Of a DNA stretch of 64,000 bases, positions 57,523 through 64,000 are shown piece by piece. The translations under genes were made by a program, and so were the position numbers. Below the pieces are notes generated by a model. That model was not told the origin of the DNA. It saw nothing but the letters and a program-made list of their open reading frames with translations, and searched no databases. The stretch is from IMG/VR virus record IMGVR_UViG_3300017782_000007, positions 1 through 64,000 of that record; one strand, written 5' to 3'. How positions within the stretch are numbered: the first letter of the stretch is position 1; each line of letters starts with the position of its first letter. The DNA comes from a virus.

Positions 57523-58698
57523 ATGAATCCAGACGGTATAAATAATCCGATGTTAGTTGGTGTTACATCTTTAGTAGTAGCATTTATCTTTTTGTCTATA
57601 GGAGCCTCTATTCGTAGAGCTTCTAAGAAAGCAGAAAGAGAAGGAGTTCCTTTTGATTCTCTTCAGTTATTAAATAACTTTATCAAGCATCAATTTGGAC
57701 TCTTTGCCTTAATTACTTTTGGCTTAATGCTAGCCGAAACTGTAATATTAACTGACCTAGCCGCGGATGACAGAAATCCAGCCGGTGTATTCCTAATTCA
57801 CGGAGGTATTAACATTGCTATGTTTGTTCTAGGAATTAATTTTCCTAAGAATTCATTAGCTTTTGCCAAAGCCACCATAACTGGAATCAAACAAATGTAC
57901 TTTTCTTCTAGATCGAAAGATAAGAAGTTTAAAGCTAAGCTTGATAAGATGCCCGAAAAGATCACTATGTCACAGTACCTAGCAATTACAGGATTTACAT
58001 TTGCGTGTGTATACGCAGCTATCATTGCTCCAATGGAAATATTAGAGATGATGGCTAGGGGATACGGAGCGTACGATTACTTGGAACTCTATTATTATGA
58101 ATGGAGAACTCCAAAAGAAGTTTATGAAGCTTACTATGCTTCTGTAGCTTTCCAAAGCCACCCGTTGTATATTGAACATGGACAGTTTTCTACTGTTGAT
58201 GAGATTATGCATGGAGGGTTAGATACTTCAATATTCTTAGTTCAATGGCACTTTCTATTAGCATTCCTTAAAGGATGTGCTGTAGTTGGCTATGGACAGA
58301 ATACGTTATTAGATGATTTTGCTCAGCAATTAACTGGTGATCAAATCATTACACATAAGAAGAGTTTCAGCGATTTTGAGAAGGATCCTAACATCCGATC
58401 AGACTTTTTTGAATCTTTACTTAAGAAATGTGGAATGGTTGAACCTGGTCTATCTACTCAGCTAGGACGTATAGTTAACTCTTATGACAAAATGACTAAA
58501 GGGAAGAATAGAGTTTATACTGCTCTTAAAGTCCAGCTAGAAGAGATTAAAACTATCGATAAAGCTTATAGTAAAGGAAAATTATCTAAATCTGATTATG
58601 AGAGTAAACTAAAAAATCATAAGCAAGAAGTGAAGAAGGTAATTGGTGCTTCATCAAAACACGGAAAAGGATTAGGGGTTTCCATAAGTATAAAATGA
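57523..58698 (+). CDS. Multi-pass membrane protein
   Basis: About 5 hydrophobic helices, basic C-terminal domain. Confidence 0.75.
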   Translation: MNPDGINNPMLVGVTSLVVAFIFLSIGASIRRASKKAEREGVPFDSLQLLNNFIKHQFGLFALITFGLMLAETVILTDLAADDRNPAGVFLIHGGINIAMFVLGINFPKNSLAFAKATITGIKQMYFSSRSKDKKFKAKLDKMPEKITMSQYLAITGFTFACVYAAIIAPMEILEMMARGYGAYDYLELYYYEWRTPKEVYEAYYASVAFQSHPLYIEHGQFSTVDEIMHGGLDTSIFLVQWHFLLAFLKGCAVVGYGQNTLLDDFAQQLTGDQIITHKKSFSDFEKDPNIRSDFFESLLKKCGMVEPGLSTQLGRIVNSYDKMTKGKNRVYTALKVQLEEIKTIDKAYSKGKLSKSDYESKLKNHKQEVKKVIGASSKHGKGLGVSISIK

Positions 58699-58896
58699 AC
58701 CCCAGAACACAAATGCAAAGGATGTAAGCACAGAGTACATAAGACTTTCGAGTGGAAAGGAAAAGAGCTATGTCCAGATTGCATTAAAAAAATACCAGGA
58801 ATTAGGATTTGTCCTGAGTGTTTGAAAGTAAAGAGGGTCAGTCCTAGATACTTTAAATCCACTAAAACTAGAGTATGTTTAGAGTGTGATCCTTAA
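58695..58896 (+). CDS. Double zinc-ribbon ORF with no in-frame start (recoded or frameshifted)
   Basis: Frame after TGA 58696-98 reads TPEHKCKGC...CPDC...CPEC...CLECDP*. Confidence 0.6.
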
Positions 58897-58925
58897 TTGG
58901 ATCACCTCTTCTCTACTCACAAAAT

Positions 58926-58954
58926 TTGACTTTCATTAATTAAATCATTATATT
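58926..58954 (+). promoter_or_regulatory. Sigma70-type promoter
   Basis: TTGACT-17 nt-TATATT upstream of 58970. Confidence 0.6.
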
Positions 58955-58969
58955 AAAAAGCTTATTTTT

Positions 58970-59248
58970 ATGAGTACTAAAGAATTGGTATTAACTTATT
59001 TGGCTAACGTAGCCACAGCATCTGGAGTCGCAAATGATAAACAAGAAGGTCATTTGGTTGCTGATCTCTTATTAGAGGAAGCTAAAAAAGATCCAGATCG
59101 GATGATGGATTTGACTGCTAAAGCTATTGATAGCGCAAAAGCATTCAGAGTATTTCGTTCAAAACAAGAAATGAAGTTGAAAGAGTTAGCGACTGCATCC
59201 GGTATGCACTCATTAGAGATTCTTAAAGACAGATTAAAAAATCCTTAA
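58970..59248 (+). CDS. Hypothetical protein
   Basis: 92 aa helical ORF. Confidence 0.7.
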   Translation: MSTKELVLTYLANVATASGVANDKQEGHLVADLLLEEAKKDPDRMMDLTAKAIDSAKAFRVFRSKQEMKLKELATASGMHSLEILKDRLKNP

Positions 59249-59665
59249 TCAAGAACCAAGGAGTATACAATGCCTAAGTTGCAGGGTACGAAGATAATCG
59301 TGGCTTAGGTGTTTAGAGAATATTAACTATATAAGACATACAATTTACATGAAAACTTAGGAGGAATTAATTCTGTAGTGGAAGAAAAGTCTCCCTGAGC
59401 CAACAGGGCGACACCCTTAAGGCACTAAGCAAGTATTGTGAATAGAAATATTTTGGCTATGGTATAAGAAAAGAACATACTCTGATTTACGTCAGCATGT
59501 CTTCGAGTATCTTAAGAACCTTTTCTATAGCGCTAGATACTAGTTCTTCGGAACACTATGAATCTGGACTACAAATCGAAATATTATATGTAGTGTATCT
59601 TAATACATTTTAGATTTACCACTAGAAGGTAAAATATTCTCGCTCTCCTGTTTAAAACAAGCAAT

Positions 59666-60826
59666 ATGAACTTAATGTTAAAAGAATTTATCACCTCTAA
59701 CGGTAAATTCGTACCACCTGATGTAGAGTCTTATATAAAAGGTGGTAGAAAACATGATTTCTGCGCTTTTTGTAATAAGAAACATCATAATTACGCAACC
59801 TATAACTTTAATAAAGAAGATAGGAAAAGTCATCAGGTATTATCCTCACACATGAGAATACCTAGGTATGATGACTGTTTTGTATGTGTGCGCTGTACTA
59901 AAGAAATCGAGGAAGAGGTGTATGGAGATCAAATAAAGCATCCTGTAGTACTACAGATCTTTAAAGATTCTAATATGTTTTTGAGGAAAAGAATAACCTC
60001 ATATGTAGAGGATTTAACTTTTATTGATAACTCTAAGAGTTACCCTCCGCCAACAAGCTTCACCACAGGCAATTTAGACGATTCTAAGTGCATCTTCTGT
60101 AAAGATAACCTTCTATCCCAAGAAGGTAGAATAACTCCCGTAGATGTCCCCATAGGGGTTAATAGGAAGGTTTATGGAAGAGCTTACTGCTGTGAGTATT
60201 GTGATAATGTAATGTCTACTCTGATTTCAGAGGATGCTAAACGAGTAAATGGATCTCTTCACGGAGATTGGGATACTTGTGTAGAATGTTCATCACATTA
60301 CCCTATCACCAGAAATGAAGCCAAAGCCAGAGAAGAATTTAATACTACTGGCAACCATTATTGTAGTGCTTGTATCGAGAATAAGTATGACTATGCTTTA
60401 CATCAGGAAAGATTCCCAACATTAGATTGTACGGGAGGATGTGGAAAGCAATTAACTTATGATCTTACTATATGTTTAAGTGTACCTAAAGTTAAATACT
60501 GTACGAGTTGCTTAAATGAAACTTACAATGATGAGCAAACTAAGAAATTTAATTCTCCTGCTTATCCATCCAAGCAAGAGAAGTTTACTATAAAAACTTT
60601 TTACTCTTCGAAGGGCTTGGAGGAAAAGATAACTTTTATTCTTTTTAAGAATGGGTTAGATTTGCCTTATACCAGTCCTTATTATAATTACACTATGTTC
60701 CATGAAACACATGAAGGTTCTATAAAACTGAGAGAATCCGATGATTTTCATTCAGCAGAAGAGGCCATCGACGATGGTGTAGAAGCTGCTTTCAGGGAAT
60801 ATGAGTATCTTATGAACCCTCCTTAG
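59666..60826 (+). CDS. Multi-zinc-finger protein
   Basis: About 8 CxxC-type motifs. Confidence 0.7.
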   Translation: MNLMLKEFITSNGKFVPPDVESYIKGGRKHDFCAFCNKKHHNYATYNFNKEDRKSHQVLSSHMRIPRYDDCFVCVRCTKEIEEEVYGDQIKHPVVLQIFKDSNMFLRKRITSYVEDLTFIDNSKSYPPPTSFTTGNLDDSKCIFCKDNLLSQEGRITPVDVPIGVNRKVYGRAYCCEYCDNVMSTLISEDAKRVNGSLHGDWDTCVECSSHYPITRNEAKAREEFNTTGNHYCSACIENKYDYALHQERFPTLDCTGGCGKQLTYDLTICLSVPKVKYCTSCLNETYNDEQTKKFNSPAYPSKQEKFTIKTFYSSKGLEEKITFILFKNGLDLPYTSPYYNYTMFHETHEGSIKLRESDDFHSAEEAIDDGVEAAFREYEYLMNPP

Positions 60827-60827
60827 T

Positions 60828-61397
60828 ATGGAGTTAACAAAAGAAAAATTACAACAACTTAACAAATTAGGTCTTAGATTAGAACATTATTTTGTGCTCT
60901 GGTCTAAGGCAGAATCATTAGCCCTATTACCCTATTACAAGGTAGATAATAGTATTTACACAGATTTGATGAACAAAGGGTACCTTAGTTTATCTAAAAA
61001 CATTACAAAAGATGGTATTAAACTTATTGCCCCAGTGGAGGAAACCCAAGAGTGGCGAGAACATTTTGAAAAATGGTGGAATTTATACCCATCTACCGAC
61101 AAGATTGATCACCACCCAAGATCGAGAAGTCTTAGAGGTAACAAAGCTGCCGCGGAAAGATATTATAAAAGAATTTACGAAAGGAGTGATGACGGTATGC
61201 ATAGAAAAATATATGCCGGGTTACAAAACCACATTCAATCCTTTACTTCACGTACGAAGCTCACTGGGGATAACGCTTTCAAGTACTTCCCATCTGCCTC
61301 AAAATGGCTCAACAACGAGCTATGGGATGTCTGGTATGAGTCCGACTCGGGTAACTCAGATAGACCCCCTAAGAGCGGGAGAATTAAAATTTCATGA
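60828..61397 (+). CDS. Replication initiator/helicase-loader-like protein
   Basis: FEKWWNLYP...WLN motif typical of phage replisome organisers; directly before DnaB. Confidence 0.6.
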   Translation: MELTKEKLQQLNKLGLRLEHYFVLWSKAESLALLPYYKVDNSIYTDLMNKGYLSLSKNITKDGIKLIAPVEETQEWREHFEKWWNLYPSTDKIDHHPRSRSLRGNKAAAERYYKRIYERSDDGMHRKIYAGLQNHIQSFTSRTKLTGDNAFKYFPSASKWLNNELWDVWYESDSGNSDRPPKSGRIKIS

Positions 61398-61417
61398 GAA
61401 TGTAGCGTCACAAGGAA

Positions 61418-62398
61418 ATGTCTGAAGTTAGGAGTTTAAGTTGGAAGTCTATTAATAAAGCTACTAAAGAAGCATTGGAGGAAATAAAAGGAAGAAAAGA
61501 AGGGACAATTAAGTCACTTCAGACTTCAATGCCTAAATTAGATAAAGCTTTATTTGATGGATTCCCCTGGGGTTCCATAATTTTAGCTGGTGGACTAAGT
61601 GGATCTGGAAAATCTATGTTCGTTGAACAATTAAAAAGAGATTTCGTAAACTATAATCCTAACGAGAAATTTGAGATATTGTCATTTGAATTTGAGATGT
61701 TGGGTAAGATGCAGGTACTAAGGAATCTATCAGGGAAACTAGGTACATCGGTGAGACACTTGCTGTCAGCTGATTCTAATACCTTATCTGATGGAGAATT
61801 AGATATGGCAAAGGGTAAACTTAATGAAATAAGTAGATACCCAATATCTTATGTGGATAATGCAGGAACTTCAGAAGAAATAGAAAAAACTATCTCCTCA
61901 TTTATAGAAGTAAAAAAGTTAAAAGAAGATAAGAAAGGATTGATTATTACTATGGATCACGTTCTCTTGGCTAAGGAGAACCTAAACGAATCTGAAAGAA
62001 TCATGTTGAGGAATATTTCCAATGCAATGATTCGAGTAAAAAAGAAATATTCAGATGAGTTTCCAGTAATGATTATTCTAGTAACACAGTTAAATAGGAA
62101 TATAGAACAGAAAGAGAGGATATTGAATGAGAAGCTCCATATGCCTAATAAGACTGATATTCAGGGATCATCTAGCTTATTTCAAAGTTGTGATTTCTGC
62201 TTAGTGTTACATAACCCCTCTACGCTGAAAGGAATAGGGGATACTTATTCTCATGAAAAACTACCTTTATACACTCCTGATGAGCAGAATGCCATGATTT
62301 ATATCCATGTGTTGAAAGCTAGAACAGGAGAACAGTCTATACTGGCTATGAAGGAAAACTTTGCTAATTCTAGAATTGAAGAGTATAACGATTTATAA
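61418..62398 (+). CDS. dnaB: DnaB-like replicative helicase
   Basis: GGLSGSGKS, FEFEM, MDH, TQLNR, KARTG. Confidence 0.9.
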   Translation: MSEVRSLSWKSINKATKEALEEIKGRKEGTIKSLQTSMPKLDKALFDGFPWGSIILAGGLSGSGKSMFVEQLKRDFVNYNPNEKFEILSFEFEMLGKMQVLRNLSGKLGTSVRHLLSADSNTLSDGELDMAKGKLNEISRYPISYVDNAGTSEEIEKTISSFIEVKKLKEDKKGLIITMDHVLLAKENLNESERIMLRNISNAMIRVKKKYSDEFPVMIILVTQLNRNIEQKERILNEKLHMPNKTDIQGSSSLFQSCDFCLVLHNPSTLKGIGDTYSHEKLPLYTPDEQNAMIYIHVLKARTGEQSILAMKENFANSRIEEYNDL

Positions 62399-62409
62399 AT
62401 TTAAATTAC

Positions 62410-62832
62410 ATGGAAATTACGAAACCAATCCCGTCCTTCAGGGACAGGAGCGAGTCAATTAAAAACTTAGCAGGGGCATTGATAAAATTTCAATCCCGGA
62501 TGCCTGGAATCGCTAAAGATTCCACTAATCCTTTTTTTAAATCAAAGTACGTATCTCTTGGATCACTCCAAGAAGCAATAAAACCTGTCTTAGTAGAGGC
62601 AGGACTCTGTTACGTACAATTACTAGAGGGAACCAGAACGGTAACTACAATGTTAATTCATGCTGAATCAGGTGAATTTATACAGAGTAGTGTCTCTATG
62701 AAACCAGAGAAGGATACTCCTCAGGGAGTAGGTAGCGCTATCACTTATCAAAAGAGATATGCTCTAGCAGCCTTACTCGGAATTAACACCGATTATGATG
62801 ATGACGGTAACTCCGCTTCATCTTCACGATAA
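62410..62832 (+). CDS. erf: ERF-family single-strand annealing protein
   Basis: NPFFKSKY, HAESGE, PQGVGSAITYQKRY, DDDGN. Confidence 0.92.
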   Translation: MEITKPIPSFRDRSESIKNLAGALIKFQSRMPGIAKDSTNPFFKSKYVSLGSLQEAIKPVLVEAGLCYVQLLEGTRTVTTMLIHAESGEFIQSSVSMKPEKDTPQGVGSAITYQKRYALAALLGINTDYDDDGNSASSSR

Positions 62833-62874
62833 AATTACTTATATTACACATAAATTAGTTAAATTACTTTAGAC

Positions 62875-63480
62875 ATGTCAAATAAATCATTTACGGGACA
62901 ATCACTTCTTGATAGAAGAAAACCAGCGTCCCAAAGACAACTTCCCATCGATATTAATACCAACATTATGTACACTTCTATGGATGTTGGCGAGTTATAT
63001 AGCAGAGTAGTTTTCTCCAACGAGGAGGGACAGAATGGGTTTAAGACTGTCTGGCATCCAAAGCCAGATGGAGAGCGTGCTTTTGGCTCAGACACCCCAG
63101 AACAAGCATACCGAAAGGTCTATGACAATAGAATCAATTGGTTTGTTGATGTATTAATTGCTATGGGCTTGGAGTCGCAAGTTGCACAAATGGACGTCTC
63201 CGGAATTAACGAATGGGATATGGATTCATACTTGAGATTCTCTAAAGATGTGAAAGCATTATTAGATGAAGCAGGTACCGAACCTAGAGTTAATCTGAAA
63301 GTTAGATACGATAATAAAGGAGAATGGCCTTTTATTCCTGATTACAAGTTTATTGAGAAACATGTTCCAGGAAATCCACCTACTTTAGCGTATACTGATA
63401 ATGAGATTGAGAAGTATCTCAAACCTGCATCAGTAGATGTAGAGGGCGACACAGTTGTCAATGAGCAAGAATTATATTAA
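62875..63480 (+). CDS. Putative ssDNA-binding protein
   Basis: Between ERF and primase; acidic tail ending in an aromatic residue. Confidence 0.5.
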   Translation: MSNKSFTGQSLLDRRKPASQRQLPIDINTNIMYTSMDVGELYSRVVFSNEEGQNGFKTVWHPKPDGERAFGSDTPEQAYRKVYDNRINWFVDVLIAMGLESQVAQMDVSGINEWDMDSYLRFSKDVKALLDEAGTEPRVNLKVRYDNKGEWPFIPDYKFIEKHVPGNPPTLAYTDNEIEKYLKPASVDVEGDTVVNEQELY

Positions 63481-63487
63481 ATAGTGT

Positions 63488-63512
63488 TCGAGGGGGTAGA
63501 AATACTCCCTCG
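63488..63512 (+). terminator. Hairpin (terminator/processing site)
   Basis: CGAGGGGGTA-GAAA-TACTCCCTCG. Confidence 0.5.
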
Positions 63513-63529
63513 TACTAAACTTTACAGAC

Positions 63530-64000
63530 ATGACAGGGAATGACTTAATTAAAAAGTCGAAAGAGAGAAATAAAATTCATGTTACACGAGACCATATCTT
63601 AACTGAGTTAACGCAGTTTCAGATTATGGAATATTATACAGGTCAACCTGTTATGATTAACTTCCCATTTAAATCACCTTTTCGAGAAGATACGAAAGCC
63701 GGATGTAAATTTATTATTCAGGCTGGTAAACTCTACTTTAGAGATTATTCTCAAGAAATTATGTGGGATTGTTTTAGTGTAGTTATGAATAAATTTAATA
63801 TAAGCTTCCCCGAAGCATTAGAACGAATACATTCAGATATGGGAGTTGGTAAGTTTAAACCAAATACTTACAAACCTATTGAAGAATACCCAGAAGAAAA
63901 ATTAAAATACCAGATTAAGGCCGAAGGATGGGACGAAGAGTCCTTGGAATACTGGAAACAATTCGGCATTACTGAACCAACCTTAAAAAGATTTAAGGTG
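63530..64000 (+). CDS. DNA primase (crAss-like), truncated
   Basis: Manual translation ...FKSPFREDTKAGCKF...YFRDY..DCFSVV...EYWKQFGIT; open to the window end. Confidence 0.8.
   Translation, partial: MTGNDLIKKSKERNKIHVTRDHILTELTQFQIMEYYTGQPVMINFPFKSPFREDTKAGCKFIIQAGKLYFRDYSQEIMWDCFSVVMNKFNISFPEALERIHSDMGVGKFKPNTYKPIEEYPEEKLKYQIKAEGWDEESLEYWKQFGITEPTLKRFKV

Noticed and set aside
41992-61425. Alternate-frame ORFs 41992-42279, 48193-48477, 49576-50076, 58617-58862, 61012-61425
   Set aside because: Nested in or opposite better-supported genes
1-64000. Genome-wide stop-codon reassignment, as in some gut crAss-like phages
   Set aside because: Long genes are intact in code 11; TAG ends MCP and PolA, TGA ends the portal; no suppressor tRNA seen

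Overview
64 kb fragment of an AT-rich crAss-like (Crassvirales-type) phage genome. The host is probably an environmental Bacteroidota/Flavobacteriia: starts lack Shine-Dalgarno sites and have TAAAA/A-rich leaders, and one promoter has a TAnnTTTG element. Bases 1-33.2k (minus strand) hold the late module in crAss-like order: HU/IHF-like, GroES-like, endolysin, spanin-like, GroEL, TerL, portal, scaffold-like, major capsid, free-standing HNH, gene-75-like, ring protein, auxiliary capsid protein, then large modular fibre genes running off the left end. After a repeat-containing strand switch (~33.3k), the plus strand carries many small and envelope-targeted genes (several anchored peptidoglycan hydrolases, LysM lipoprotein, OM beta-barrel-like protein, TM-AAA ATPase), a MoxR/VWA pair, PolA, DnaB, ERF, SSB-like and a truncated primase. 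The most unusual content is about 3 kb of structured non-coding sequence on the plus strand: (i) a family of anticodon-less tRNA 'top-half' mimics of 42-265 nt between genes; (ii) a T-arm-less tRNA-Lys(UUU) anticodon fragment and degenerate tRNAs; (iii) three covarying copies of a three-way-junction RNA motif; (iv) several large hairpin- or pseudoknot-rich blocks. All calls come from reading the sequence and recognising motifs by eye; no searches or folding programs were run.
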